Positions 37,250-51,931 are shown, numbered from the whole stretch's first letter. The stretch: 63,919 nt of DNA, filler included, from Bigelowiella natans CCMP2755 (GCA_000320545.1; 5 parts of 5 records of this genome joined end to end with filler, not necessarily neighbours in it); one strand, 5' to 3'. Made by a program: numbers and translations. The notes: a model not told the origin generated them from the sequence alone.

Positions 37250-39813
37250 ATGGCGCCTCCTGATCTTCCTCCGGCTACAGTTCGTAACCCTCTCCGCCAT
37301 CAAAAGCAGAACAGTATAAGCTTGATGATGACGAGAGACAGGACAAATACTCTAATGACAGAGATCACTGAAGAAACTCGTAACAGTGAGACAAAAGATG
37401 AGTCTGTGTTCTCTACGAATAAGTCTGTGTTTTCCTCGAATAGCTCGCCAATTGACGACCCATTCCCATTTGTGGCCCTAAAGGATAGAAAACTATTTTG
37501 GTTTACCATTATAATTGTTTCGTCAGCTATGGTAATTTTCATCACAGCTTCAGCTGTAACAATGAAAGGCGCGTTTTTCCAGCTATCGGACCGCTTTCCC
37601 AATTTTGATAGTAGACCAGAGAGGCCAACAAGTTCGAAGGAGCTTTTCAACGATATTTCCAAAGAGGTCTGGACTAGCCAAATATTATCTTCACAGCTCT
37701 ATAACTCATTATTTCTAATTAGGTAATCCCAGACTTAGAAGATTTTTTTTATCACGATTCAGAAGTTAACAGCAAATTAGCTCGAGTGGGAAGCAAACCA
37801 ATCTATATTGCAAATTCGACAAGAATTAACTGTACCTCCACAGTGTATGGTTGGTATCTGAACAGGCTCAACACAACCATCACAGACCCTGTAATCATGA
37901 AGAAAGCTTTGAGTTTAACCGGTCTTGAAAACAATCAAGCTGTGTTGGAGACGATGCAAATGTATCTGTCTGAGCCTCAGAATGTTAGCTTTATGTTTGA
38001 AAAAAGTCAAAACTGTGCGGCCCGTAACGATTTGGTCGCCAAAACTGCTTGTGCCCTTCTCGAGAATGAAGCACTTCACCCTAAAATATATGATGGCATG
38101 GAAGATACTTACCTTCTTGGTCTTCACGTTGGGGTTGTTATGGAAGTTCTCACATCTGAGAGTTTAAAAAACAGTGCCCTTTGGAAGGAAATATTTACTC
38201 AAATCGTTCGATTAGAATGGGATTCATCACTAAATAATTTAGATTCTGCTGCTCCAGAATTTAGAGACTTTTTCGAAAGGAAGATAAACTCAATATTTCA
38301 AGCAATGCAACGGTTTTTAACCCTGCGGGAGTTCAATTATGATCAGCGTGAGTTTGTTCTACTCATCTGGTTGAACATTCTGGTAATAAGTTATTTTATA
38401 AAGACATTGCTGAAATTCATCCTCACGAACCACTTAAATATTCATCTGTTGTAGGAAGCTGCACATGAGGATTGGAGGAGGAAAATTTTCGGCGATAATG
38501 TCATTGCAGCTATGGTCCTCAATTTTAATGTCAATGATCTATTTACTTTCGAAGATTCTACTGTGAAATGGGCTCTGACGAAAGAATGGGTCGATCTCTA
38601 CATTTCTTGGAATCTAGCATATGTGGGAAGGTTCCAACGTATAAACACTTACCACACCCTGCTCATTCCTTCGGTCTTATGCTCTGAAAATTCTGAAAAA
38701 TCTGAAGATTTTATTCTTGCACGCTCTATCTCCTTGGGATTAAATCTCCTTGTCCGCTTTGCTACGACAAAGGAGGCGACATATACTTGGTCTGCGCAGA
38801 CAAATGACGTACCAGTGAGTTTGATGCAGTTTCAGGGACAAACAAATATTGATAGCACCTCTCTGAGCGCATCTGATATCAGTGATAGGCGTTGGGAGGA
38901 AATATTTGGGTCTCTACTCACTGAAAGAACTCAGACAGAGTGGAAATTGACCGATAAAGCGCCACTCTCGTATTTTGATGATGCAGGCTTCAATTGCTAT
39001 GTATCTTTTACCGTTTCTTTCACAATGATTCTCACAGGGCTAGGCATGGAAATTCATATTGGTCCAGAAATTGTAAATTATCTGAAGCACGACAGAAACG
39101 GTCTTTGGTTTTGGATCCTCGCCCAGTTCCTCTTTGCATTCTTCTCAACAGTTGCTATTTTAGCTCATAGTCCTTTTGGGCTTCCTTTTCTGGTTTTGGG
39201 TGTGTGGAAATTCGGATTCCCTGAAACTATCGCTTACCTCAGGGACGCCCTCGATGCATCTGATAAAAAACATTACAAGAGAATCATTGCAGACGTATTT
39301 AATTCCCTCGGTTTAGTGCTGCACCATTCATCCTCGGTGTATGTCGTCGTAAATTTATCTCTAGGATTTTTCACACTAACTCGAGACTTAAGCTCTGTCC
39401 TTCTCATCCTCGTTATACAGCACTGGTAGATAGAAGTTATAGTTCAAAATTACTTTTTCATTATCGTGATTAATTAATATCAATTATAAACACTTAGGTT
39501 TGTGCCGATGAAGTATTTTAATACAGCCATGTTTACGGTTATTGAACTCTTGCTTGAAATTTGGTGGCAATGGGAATTTTACTCAAATTTTGAGAATTTT
39601 GTAAGAGACCGGAATACCTTCTATGACGCATTTGCTCCTGCAGCAGCTGCATGCATGTTATTCTCTCACTGGTTGTTCCTAGCAGCTGCTGCATTGGAGT
39701 TGTTAGAAAGTAGGAAAGAGTCTCAAGAACAATATTTTGTTGGTTTAGACGCATATTTGGTGAGAAAAGCTAACAAGAAACTTCGACGCGTCAGTAGCCC
39801 CACTAAAAAATAA
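37250..39813 (+). CDS. multi-pass membrane protein of unknown function, four exons, with a central DUF5692-like segment
   Basis: Four long frames joined by three short GT-AG introns (~37667-37722, 38383-38454, 39426-39498). LIWLNIL|EAAHEDW, WVDLYISWNLAY and FILARSISL recall DUF5692. The C-terminal TM bundle contains WKFGFPET, LHHSS and QHW. Confidence 0.8.
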
Positions 39814-40778
39814 TCATCACGGCACTGACCAAAAAAATTACATCCAAACATATAAATGATGAAATCTTTTGAATTACATTCACTGGCAACCAACGATTTT
39901 AAGTAGCCAATATTGAATGTGATTACGTTTAGAAGGATAACAAATGATCTAGAGACTCGTCATCCACGAATTGTTGTTGCGCGTTCAGCGTTCAGACGAA
40001 GGTTTATAGATGCATGGAAAGAGAAGTGAAAATTGATTTGTTCAGCAAAAGGCTTTTCTTAATGTTGTTGCCAACAGCAAAAAGTTCCACTACTAGGTGT
40101 GGTGTGAATCAACGATTTCTAGGTTTTATAATAGACACAGTAATATTATGTATACAGTATATGCATTATATTACATGTCTATGATGTAGTATGCATATCA
40201 TTATATTACATGTCTATCATTTTTCAGCCAGAGTCGGCATGGATGATGAAGATTAACTTGTGAAATATTTGTGCACTAGTGCACTTCGTGTGATGCAATG
40301 AAGCTACGCGTCATGCTAGCATGTTGCCAGGTGTGTTCACGGGTGCTCATTTCTCCATGCTAGCACAGTTATCATTGCAATGCAAACATTCATGGCTCTA
40401 GGCCTTGTAGCTTGTCATTACTGATTGCAAAGACTCGCAACAAGCGCAATGCAATTCACAAGGTGATATGTCCAGACGTAGTGGCCAGGCTAGCAGGCTT
40501 TCCAGCTTTCCCCGAGTTCAGATGCTTAGAAATGCTAGCATGCTAGCATGGACATTGCACAACAGAATGACAGCAATGGAACATCTCGATCGAGTTGCCG
40601 CCACAGCTAGATAGGCTAGCTAGCTAGATAGCTAGCAGCGGATGGAGTCCGCCGAACACATCAGAATCTAGCTGGCTAGCTAGCTAGCATGGCTGGATGC
40701 TGTAGTGCACACCATGCACTACTAGGCTAGATCATGATTCACTATACGCACATCGCAGGCCAGACAGTTGGTTCGTTG

Positions 40779-41581
40779 TCATTGAATGTTCATTACACGT
40801 TCGACTTTTGATGATTTTGCGCACTCAGGTGCCCAGGTGCAGAAACGGCCCACAAGGGACTCACATGAAGCAAGAAGTTGAAGAGAAATTTCATCCAGGC
40901 TCGACAGCAAGAGTGGCTGTGCACAACTTGAGGGATCGATGCGAGGATTTTCCCAGAGGGTCAATCAAACTATGGCCGAGCGCCTTCCAAATGTCCGTGT
41001 GCAACATGTGTAGGCTGTCGATATCGCGGGCCACTGCTCGTTCCATGATGAACTGAACGAAACGACACAGAATGCCCGACGGCAGAGTCAAGAACTAGAG
41101 AAGCACCAGCAAGACGATGAGCAAGAACCCAATCATGGAAATTTGTGGTGAGTTGATGACAGGCTCCGCGTGTTCTCTGTCCTACATTTTCCATCTCAAC
41201 AGTTTTCTGTCTCACCTGCTTTTCCACAGCGCGGATGATGCTCCACGAGAGCGTGAGATCGTTATCGTTACTGGGAAGTTTCTTCTCAGACCCGGATTCA
41301 GCTATTTCTCTCATCAACAACTCGCTCGGTGTTCGCCCCAAATTGTCTGTAAGAGTGACATCTGCTCTGAAAAGACAGAGGGACAGAATGCCTTGCACAG
41401 AAATATTCCTTCTATGCACGAAAGGGACGCCTCGAGCAAAGCCTTCCTTACTCTTTACGATGCGAATGTAAACATCGTGATGGCAATCCAAACATAAGCA
41501 GATTAGTAGAAAGCAACTTATCCATCCACATCCTTGTTATTATCTCCTTGTGAAGTTGCTCTCTACCCATGTTTCGCAACA

Positions 41582-41652
<71 letters not shown>

Positions 41653-43206
41653 GTGCACTGCATACACATTGTATATGTTATTATTCCCACGATTTGTTGT
41701 GGCATTTATAATAGGAAACTTTTACAGATGAAAGGACGATGACCTGATAGTAGTCTCCTGCTGAGAGAATAGCCGTATGTAGAGGTGATTCTCCCAGACC
41801 ACCCTCTCTCCTCGAGTTAACCTATTATCACCACCACCATAACCAACAGAACCGATGAATTTCGGACCTTACTGCAGTGTGATCCAATTATCGATCAAGA
41901 ACACAATTGGCAGGGTTGAGGTGAAAATGAGGCATATTTCGAGCGAGCAAGGGGACTAACAGAAACGCACGTCAGCTCGATGCTCAATGAGGAGACGGAC
42001 AGCCCTGAAAACGTTACTGGATTGTGGAGTTTGGAGAAATTGGTAATTAAGATCCGCCTCTTCTTGATATCTACCGGGAAGGAGAACCGCACTCAGCAGC
42101 GGAAACTCGCCACATCTCATCGTCGAGACCCATTGTTTTCCCTCCTCTTCATGCTTGTTCACCCCCTTCTTCACTTCCTCCTTGTCCACTATACCCTCCT
42201 GTGCTGTCTCATCACCTCTCCGCGGCATGCACGTCTTCGATACGTCTCTCTTAAATGAGGAAAGGAGAGTCTGCAGCAGCGCGATATTCAGGTTTCTAGC
42301 CGCGGCCCAGAGGAGTCGCCTCTCCCCCAGCCTCGACCGAGACTGGAAAATCTCCATGAACCGTAAAGCATGGCAGGGGTTAGATTCGGTGCGACGGCTA
42401 GTCCTCACGGCATGATCCCAAGCATCGCTTTCAACCGATTTTACCCAAGTACGATTTCTCTCCAGATCTTCTTCCATTCGCCATTGCCCTTTGGATGTTT
42501 CTGCAGTATCTGCTTCGTCCTCACACCATTGAGCATCTCTCAACAGAACCGCAACCCTTCGGCTTTCGTCTGTGAGCTGCTGCCTTGCGTAGACGCCGGC
42601 CCGAGCGATCTGGACAATCTTTAGGATCTTGGCCTTCTCATGGATGCAGCCGGTCCGTAGTAGCAGCAGCAACACCTTGTGCCTGAAAGGTGGCGTGTCC
42701 CTCCAGCACTGCAGTATCTCCACCTTTTCGTGCGATGTTTAGACTCAGGAGCATGAGGAGGAGCAAGAGGAGGTTTTAAGTTTATCGTGAAAACAGCCAT
42801 GTTCTTCAAAGCTTTCATGGTGTGCATGCATGTCAGGAATTTTGCTCCTTCTTTCTTACCTGCGTGATGCATGGGAGCTTCAGGAAAAGCTGCATAATCT
42901 CGAGAGTGCTGCCTCCGCGCGCGGCAGCCCTAAACGCGCGTTTGATAGTCTTGTCGTCAGCCTTGGTGACGAGGTATGAAACGAAATCTTCGTCGGACAT
43001 ATTGCATGCGATGTCTAGGATCGTCGTGGAGTCCCACGGAGCCCTTGTGTACCCAACCTCCTCGGGTACCACAGCCTAGCGACAGGTTGAGCAGGTGGTG
43101 GGGAGGTGCATATGTGCATCCGCGTGTGGATGGACCGATTTCGACAATAAGTACATGCCCCTCTTTCTCTCCCCCCTACCCCCCGCCCCCCCCCGCCCCC
43201 TCCCGC

Positions 43207-43248
<42 letters not shown>

Positions 43249-44350
43249 ATTCTCTCTCTCGCCCTCGTGTATGTGGTTTTGGTTGTGTGCGTGTGTGTGT
43301 ATTACCCCCCTTTCCAGTAGAAGCTTCACAGTAACATGAGCAGACTCCAGACGCATTGCCTCAAATAGAATTGTCCCCTGTCCCTCATCACCGTTGCCAA
43401 GAGAACACATCCTTTCAGCATATTATAAAGACAGGCAGAGGGAAACAGGCAGTAAACGGTTATTCTGATATATGTGAAACCACTGTATCGTCCAAAGATA
43501 AGGCTAGCGACTATCATCATGATTATTAGCATATCATCATGATTATTTGCATCACAGTTGTCACAATCACCACATTGTCCCACACTTGTTTCTGATGGTG
43601 CACATGATAATTATCTTTCCATCACCTAGCCTTTTTCTCGATAAGGTAAGCGAGGACTGCATGGTGCTCCCCTTTCATGGCCAGGAACAAAGGGCTCTGA
43701 GTGCGCCAATTTGCAATAGATACTGGCCTGGAGACGTCAGTTCCACAATCCTCTACGATGTACCTATGATACATTTCTGTTGTAATCGCCATTTTCTCCC
43801 GTCTGTGTAAATTTCACCTGCAGAGTGCCAGGTTTCCCCTTTCTGCTGCGTACGAAAGCGGGGTTCGCATGGAATTATCGGTCATTAGAAACAGATTCGC
43901 CTCCACAACCGAGAAATAGCAGCCGTACACGACATTGTAGATGTGCCCTTTAGCGATAGTGCTCGACTCTTGCGAGCCTCTGACACTTTTCTTTTCCCCT
44001 ATTTGCTTGAGAGTTTCTGCGGCCTCCTCCAACCTCTTCGCCACACTGTGAATCGGATATAAGCAATATACCATATGAGCAATTAATGGCACAAATTATC
44101 GGATTGCAATGTCGATGTGGCTCGTATTCTTTTGGGGTCGCTTCATCTATTTTTGGCCATCAACTACTACTGTCCTTCTCTGCTAATTACCTTGCAGCAC
44201 TAATGCGATACTCCTCGAGATGTGTCTCTATGATGGACTTAATGACTTCTAGTCTGCCCCTTCCCTTAATCTCTCCGAATAGCCGGTCCACAACCTCCGC
44301 TGCTTTCGCTGTGACCTGCTCCCGAGCTGTCGTTAGTCTTCTGTCAGTGA

Positions 44351-44391
<41 letters not shown>

Positions 44392-44570
44392 CCTTCCTCT
44401 CTCCCTCTCCCTCACGCGCGTGTGCGTTCGCTCGATATTTTCCCTTTCACCGTCCTAACATGATGGTTACTCATTGATACAAGACCGTCGGAGGTGCCGC
44501 TGAGAGTGCAATACCACTCAAACCTCACGTTTTAGTGCCCGTACCTGAGCTACTCTCCATCGCTTCGCCT
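40779..44570 (-). CDS. ankyrin-repeat protein, multi-exon (ends approximate)
   Basis: TDNSMRTPLSYAAERGNLALCR, TILFEAMRLESAHVTVKLLLERG, LLWAAARNLNIALLQTLL, AVRLLIEHRADV, ADVTLTDNLGRTP. Confidence 0.8.
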
Positions 44571-44869
44571 TCCTTCTCCCCCCTTCAACGTACGTGCCAG
44601 TTTGCCTGTGCATCTGATAGCATGCGTGCGCGCCTGCCCCCCCCCCTTACCACACGCGCAAGTTTAAATGTGAGCCTGCAGATGTTCCCGACAGACAAGC
44701 CGGCTGGGGAATGGGAGGAGGAGAAAAACACGCCAACTGACCTTGATTAACTAAATTATTCGGTAGTATTTCCTTGTCGTCATAATAAAACGACATGCCA
44801 TTTACTTTTTAGCTATCCTCTCTCTTTGTTCTTGCAGATCCAGATTTAGGCAATAATAGACCCCTAAAG

Positions 44870-45135
44870 GTACCTACGGCTACGCGACAACAAGCGAAAA
44901 CGGCTTCTTCATAAATATCTCCCAGTTAAACGGAAAAATACTCGGAAAATTACCGAAAGCAAACCGAATAAGTCAGTCTTCTACCCAGACGCCGCGCACG
45001 TTACTGCCAGATTGATGCTCAGGAAACTGGTCGAAACATAGCCGACTGAAGCCTGCCGCGTCCGTTTGGGTGATGCGATCTGCGAGCAGCGCTGCGCTGA
45101 CAGCCTCGCAGTGGCTCTCCTTTTCAAGTCACCTG
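44870..45135 (+). pseudogene. decayed C2H2 fingers in the ankyrin/epimerase divergent interval
   Basis: 45065 FG(C, +1 nt)AICEQRCADSLAVALLFKSP, with canonical spacing and single-base changes at F, L and H; ~44875 YGYATTSENGFFINISQLN. Confidence 0.45.
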
Positions 45136-45180
45136 AGAGTCGAATAATTTGAATTGTGATCATCAGGGGTTGGTAAAGCA

Positions 45181-47106
45181 ATGTCGACCTCTGGGGACCG
45201 AGAGGTAGAGGAGAAAACGATGAACGCTTGCGCTGGGTGCGCTTCCTCTCAACTCTACATCCTTGATTGTTTCTCAGGCCCATAATATCCTCCAGCTCTT
45301 GGAACAAGAAGGAAAGGCTATTCTTCAAGACCCAACAGGATTGCTCAAATCATATGTGTACGATTGCAAAACAGCTGATTTTCAAAGGTCGACACTCATC
45401 CCTTTTCGTTGCATATCAGCAAGGAGTGGCAGACAGATTTAATTGAGCGCGTTGTGCCTTTTTGGCTGAATCACAGTCTCGATAAGAAGAACGGTAATAA
45501 CAGTGAATACAAATATCTTTATTAGTTACATTGCTCTAACATTGCCTACTCAGGAGGGTATTATACCGCTTTGGACGAGGATGGAAGCATCTACGACACC
45601 GACAAGTCCATTTAAGGATTAACGGCTACATTTACAGTAACTAACATTAATCATCTAACCTGGTAGGTACCTGTGGCTGCAAGGTCGTGAAGTGTTTACG
45701 TTCTCCAAACTCGTCAACACTTTCTGTGAAGGAGGGATGCCCCTGAAGACCATGTGAGTACGAAGTTCCACAATATGACCTCCTTTTAATTTGTTCAAAA
45801 ATGAATTTTTTTAGAAACCAGTGGGCCCAAGCTGCAAAGATTGGCGCCGAAGCTCTGGATAAGGCACTAGGTTTTCTCTAAGAATGTTATGTTTCGACAG
45901 CAGGTCGCTCGTAACTTGTCGCTGGTCGGCCAATTTTTAGGGAACGTTCCAGGTGTTAAGGATCCCAGAATCTATTTCTCTGCAACAGAAGATTGGAAGG
46001 TGACTGCACTATTCATTTAGAAATCCCCCTAGTTTGATAATCAGTCGGATCTGAGTAATATCATCCAAACCACAATAGCTCCTTCATTACCAACGAAAAC
46101 CGTACGCTACAGTGTTCTACTCTCTTGGATGCCTAGAATACTCTAGCATGATTCAATCCGTCAACAAGGTAATCAAGGCGCTATAAATTAAAATCAGCAA
46201 AAGAATACGCAACATACTGAGGCATGTGGTTTTCAGTTGCAAGAATCTGGTCAAACTGAGACCAAAGAGACGATTAAGATTGTTTTCGGGAAAGAAGACG
46301 CAGCTGTCTATGCGGCTAAAGCAAAGAGATCTTTTCAAGAGTTTGAGGAAATGATCAAAGATCCAACGAACAGTGGGCGTCCGGCAGGGCCCAAAGTAGA
46401 AGGATTATCGAAATTAGCTGACGTCATGTGTGTGGTAGCCCTGGCATGCGAATTTTTGCAAAAGTCGAGCTCTGAAGAGGAGAAGACGCTATATAAAGCT
46501 CGCATCGGAAAACTCCTGGAGCGTGCAAAAACGCACTTTCACCCCAAGTACAAGATTTTGCTCGAAAACAGCAGAAGCTCTGGTCCTAGCACAGCCACTC
46601 CCGATGGACGCTTGTTCAACCCCGGACATTGTATTGAGGTCGGATGGATGCTTCTGGAAGCGTGTAAGCATGTCCCAAACAAGGAAATAGAGACTATGGC
46701 TCTCATTGTGATTGAGAACTCACTTGAAATTGGATGGGATAAACAATACGGTGGTCTGTTCTACATGATGGATATCGAAGGAAAACCATTGTTGGATAGC
46801 ACAGTAACTGCCAAAGGGAAGCTTTGGTGGCCTCACTCCGAGGCATTGATTGCAGTTTCAATGGTACTAAGAGTTTGCACGGAGGAAAAACGGCCTAAGT
46901 GGCTCGTGTGGTTGGCAAAGCTTCAAAAATACTGCCAACTAATGTTTGTAGACAAAAAACACGGAGGATGGTATGGCTATCGTGAACGAGATGGCACACT
47001 GCACTCCACTGTGAAAGGCGGAAACTACAAGGGCTTTTTTCACACACCTCGTGCTCTCTCATTGTCTGCGAAGGCCATCAAATCATTTTTGGATGCAAGC
47101 AAATGA
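45181..47106 (+). CDS. RENBP: N-acylglucosamine 2-epimerase (AGE / renin-binding-protein family), multi-exon
   Basis: VVPFWLNHSLDKKNG|GYYTALDEDGSIYDTDK|YLWLQGREVFTFS, QRKPY, NPGHCIEVGW, KLWWPHSEA, KGGNYKGFFHTPRAL. Confidence 0.93.
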
Positions 47107-48029
47107 ACGGGTTTGGCCAAACAAACTGCGACGCGCGACCATCACATCTCGCTAAACTTAGCAACCACAGCATGCCATGTATGAGAATCATCGCAATCTG
47201 ATCATCATCATCATCATCATCATCATGCTGGCATGCACACGTGCAAATGTGTGTCTGAGACAGAAAGTTGTCAGTCAAGAAATCGATCACGCGCAAATGT
47301 GTGGATTTGGGCGCTGCACAGTGCGTTCATGCAGCTGTGGGCCGCCTAGACGGCACCTGCTCATGGCTGCCTGCAACCAAGCTAGCTAGCTAGTGAGGGC
47401 AACACCTGCGCTGTCGGCCGCACGTCTCACGTTTGGACGATTGTGCGCACATGCAGCTTTGGAGCCATCAATCGCATCGATGTGCACTCACGACCAAGCC
47501 CTCGCTCGCGCCGACGTGCACGCAACCATCCTTGCACACACACACACACACACACTGTCAAGACCGGAAGGCTGCAATCACCAGAACAATCAAGACAGTC
47601 CAGCAATGCACGATGTGCAACGTGCATGAGTGCGTGTTGCACAGTGGATGGCCTGCTGCCTCGCTTGTTCACTTGAAGCTTTGGTGAGTCAAAAGAAAAC
47701 ATCCAAGAGTGTGAGCATTGTGGCGGAGAAGGCATGCCAGCATGGCTAGAGGAGAAGGGGCGCAGAGTGGATTCAAACGGCATCTGACAGAGATTTGCAG
47801 AGTTCGTTTTCGGGGCCATTGCTGGTGCACTCTTTTTTTTTGGTGCACAGTCGGGGCACTACTGTGAGCTGGATTTCTCGACTTTTTGTGGCAATCGGGG
47901 CCCTGCGGCGCGAACGATTTCTCTGGTTTTGCTGCTGTCGGTCGCCATCATCAATCATCCGTCACTGGCTACGTGCCCACGCGAGAGAGAGATCGCTCAT
48001 GAACAAGAGCAGCAGCAGCAGCAGATCTT

Positions 48030-48460
48030 TTTCAGAGTTCCCTTGCGTTCAAGCTGAAGGTAGTCCGCACACTGTTGTGGCCCAGTCGTTAGCACATTCG
48101 GGCAGACGCAGGGTGCAAATGGCCTGCGGATCGCACTCAAAGGGGGCGGAGGAGGTCTCTCAAAGAGAACAACAAACAGCTCGCAGCTGAACAGTGAGGC
48201 AGACTTTCAACAAATGTTCCCGTGCGTGCTCTTTGATCGGAGGTTTGGTGGACAGGCAGCGCAAAACCTTGCCTCCTGTGAGGAACCTCGCGCAATCCAA
48301 AGAGGATTTGACGTGGAGGCATCAGCTGGATCAAGACGCGGTCAGATCAACGCACTGATTTCCCCAATTAACGATCGCATCCCGTTCTTGGCGCAACACA
48401 ATTCAACATTTCAATGGAAGAAGTTTCGAACGCCCATCGCTGCGATCGGACTCCACATCT
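48030..48460 (+). pseudogene. decayed C2H2 array immediately upstream of, and overlapping, the C2H2 TF start
   Basis: EFPCVQAEGSPHTVVAQSLAH; FPCVLFDRRFGGQAAQNLA (48217); RAIQRGFDVEASAGSR; QHNSTFQWKKFRTP. Confidence 0.6.
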
Positions 48461-49838
48461 TGTGAATGACCAACACGAGGAATTGCAGATGGCAGATGAT
48501 TTCGCACGATTTGATCCACCTCATCACGACTATTTTGGTGATGAGGCACACCAAATGTGCCATGACAGTCTACAGCAGTCAGGAATCAGAGTGAGGAGAT
48601 GCTGGCGGAATGGATTTGGTCATGTTGCCAAAAAGTTTATTTTTGCTGAAAGAGGGCAACAAATGAATAAAGATGCAACAGACAAGAAAAAAAGGAAGCA
48701 TGCGGATTACTTGAAGTCCAAAAGACTTTCCGTAACATTTCCGGAAATGCATCACAAAATTAATCAGGAAGAGGAACATAGATGGGAAGAATCTGTCATT
48801 TTACGCGCAAATTATCAATCTAAACCGAAGAGATTTTCAATCGGAAAATGGCAACATGAGTTCCCTACAGAGTCTCATTTCTCTCCAGCTCCATTGGATC
48901 ATATGGTTGGCAGAGTGGCTGGACTAGGAAAAATTGAAGAGCTGAGATTCAATGTCAATCCTGTTCCACATTACCAAAGACGGGTTATCATTGATCAAGG
49001 AAACTATAACGAGCCAAAATTTCAAATGAGAAACCATTGCAGCGAAGGAATCCTTAGATACCCAATGAATGTTGGAAACCATCAAATGATTAGGAATGAA
49101 AACAGAACGGAAGATGTGCATCACGATTTCAATAGAAGGAAATTAACATCTGATCCAAAATCTTTCGCACGTCTTCAACGACATGAGGATCAATACATTA
49201 AAATGGTGCGGCGGCATGATGCCACGTTTGCAAGGAGAAGCATTGATTTTTCAATCCAACAGTCAGCATTAGGAACTAAAATTCCTTTTGCAAAGGAAGA
49301 GCACAGCTTTAGAAACTCTTCAATGAGTACTTTTAAGCGCAAATTGTCGAGTTTTAATTATAAGTTTCCTCCAAAATCCTGGAAATCACCAACTTTTGTG
49401 AATGAGTCGAAAAGAAGAAAATTGTCCAACGAAATCTCTCCAAGCATTCTTGATTCATCTCAGCATTCACATATTTCAATTTCGAAAATCTCGAATCAAG
49501 TGGCCAAAAAAAGGTATTCCTGTCCAGAATGCGGGAAACGTTTTGCGAAGCGATATTACGTAAAGCAACACTCAAAAATCCATCGGAATGAATATCCATT
49601 CCAGTGCCGTTACTGCGAAAGCAAGTTTAAACACCAGTCAAATCTCATTGCGCATGAACAGGTTGATGCTGCATGATTTATGTTCAAGACTTCCATTTGT
49701 ATTTGTCAGCCACGTTGCTTTGTCTGATCTTAGGGGCACACCAAAATGTATAAATTCAATTGTCCCCATTGTGCTGCCGGATATCCGCGAAGGGACAGGT
49801 TGGTTCGTCATTTGAAAAATAAACATGGACAATCATGA
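48414..49838 (+). CDS. C2H2 zinc-finger transcription factor (three C-terminal fingers)
   Basis: YSCPECGKRFAKRYYVKQHSKIH and FQCRYCESKFKHQSNLIAHEQ|GH; after an intron (~49662-49733) FNCPHCAAGYPRRDRLVRHLKNKH, stop at 49838. Start codon uncertain. Confidence 0.9.
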
Positions 49839-50420
49839 CACAACAATTAGCCACATTCTTCTTTTCATGCCAATAGTGTGGAAGATCAAATGAAACGGAA
49901 TCCAATTATCATCAGATAGCATTCATGTTGGAATTAAAATTGAAGTTGCAAAGTGCAAGCTGCTTTCGTTCTATCCTTTGTGAAGGAGTTAATAAAATGT
50001 TCATTTTGACTTGCAGTGGATGGCGTGGCGCTAGCAAGCCTATGTGAACGCAATGTGTTCTGCATTGTAGTTTCTTCAGGAAATCATACTTGCGCAATGA
50101 TGCTGCTGTCTATGCGCTTGACGAAGCGCGATGTCGTATTGCATAGACAGTTAAAACGTGTACGTGTCAAGATTTTTGACAGTTACTACTAGACGAAAAC
50201 GGCATTGCCGGTAAGGACGAAGGCACATCACTGCATGTGCGTTGTTTGCTGTGGCTGTGCCTGGCTGCAAAAATTGCAATATCATAGCTATGCGTGGCTG
50301 CTAAAATGGCAACGTATGATAATCTAGTTAGCTTCGCGAAGTCTTGCTATAAACATAACGTTCAAAAGCTATGTCGGACAAAGAACAATTGTCAAAATAG
50401 ATCATTCATTGTTATCTAGA

Positions 50421-51124
50421 TTATTTCTTTTGTCTTGCATCGTATTTCATTGCAGTTTGGAGCATATCTCTCCCCTCATTCGTCATTTCCCCGGCTATTC
50501 CTCGTATTCGTGCACCGTTAGCCTGGCCCCCTACTCGTCTGAAGTGTAAAACATGTACACGGTTTCAAAAACCAATGCAAAACAAAAAAAAACCGTGCTA
50601 CATCTATGTGTTAATTGTAATCACCGTAAAGTATCGGGAATGAAATCCAGCAATTTAACTTGATAGAGCGGATCGTTCTTGATCTCAGGGTCCTCCTCTG
50701 CCTGCAGAATTGTCAAAGAGGGTTATAACAAGGCGGTGAAGATGTTAACACAGATAAGCTTTGAGGCACCTCATGATCTTGGGAGAAATGCGACATGAAC
50801 AACATATCCCCTATATCGAGACCATCTGTGCAGCAACATAAACACGCTATTTGGTTCAATGGTTACAAATAAATTTTAAAAAGTCTACTTAAGGCATTAA
50901 ATCATACGAGAATGTGTGAATTTATATATTATATACATATTATTATCATCGACAACACAACAGTTTAGCAGTTTTATTGCCACGTAGCAGCCTCATCATC
51001 AACCAACCAATGCCTTCGAACCTTCGTCATCTTCGTCTTCGCCAAAACCATTATTCTGTTTACTAACTTCCTCATAGTACTGACGCTCGACCGCCTGCTC
51101 ATATATTATTGTTTCAAACTCATA

Positions 51125-51166
<42 letters not shown>

Positions 51167-51890
51167 TTCATACATTATATAATTTCATGGCCACACAAAT
51201 ACACGCAGACGGACAGATACAAACAAATATACTTTCTTCATATATATGACGCGTACGTTCACATCGTATAAAAATGTATGTGTGTGTTTATATAATTTGA
51301 CTAAAAGCAGAAAGATACACCAAATACGTTTATCGTCGTCGCAATGACCTGCACCATTTCCTCTTGAAATTCGGCACATAGAAGCTCGCAAATGCGGGTC
51401 GCCAGTGTTACGTTCACAACCTACATCAGAAATCAAGAACAATTGTCTTCGCATAAATTATCCCTTTTCATTCAACTCATATTCTCTGTCTTGGGCTTTC
51501 AGCATGTCCCAATATATGTACTTGTAATATATATATATATATATATATATAATATGCAATACCTTCTTACTGGTGTTTGAACGGGTCGCACGTCGGCCGG
51601 ATTTCTAGGGACATTTCATATGTTATTAAATTCTTCGTCGGAAAGAATATGCGGGAAAATTGTGATGATGCATGTTTTCCTTATCCTCCTAACAATCGCA
51701 TTTTTCTATCATCATCGAAGCTCACAAGCGCTCGAAGACCTGCTCCATTCGCTCGACAGGAACCCTTAACGTGTACATGCACTCCTCGCCTGGTAGTTAG
51801 CAGGAAATACTACTCATTAAATTAGGTTATCCCCCTCCCCGCAACACGCCTCGTCAATGGATATAGCAAACATAAATCCAAGCGATATAA

Positions 51891-51931
<41 letters not shown>

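Noticed and set aside
12315-47106. Sugar/glycan metabolic gene cluster (transporter, FkbM, hydrolase, epimerase)
   Set aside because: The genes are dispersed among unrelated housekeeping genes and split by a contig linker.
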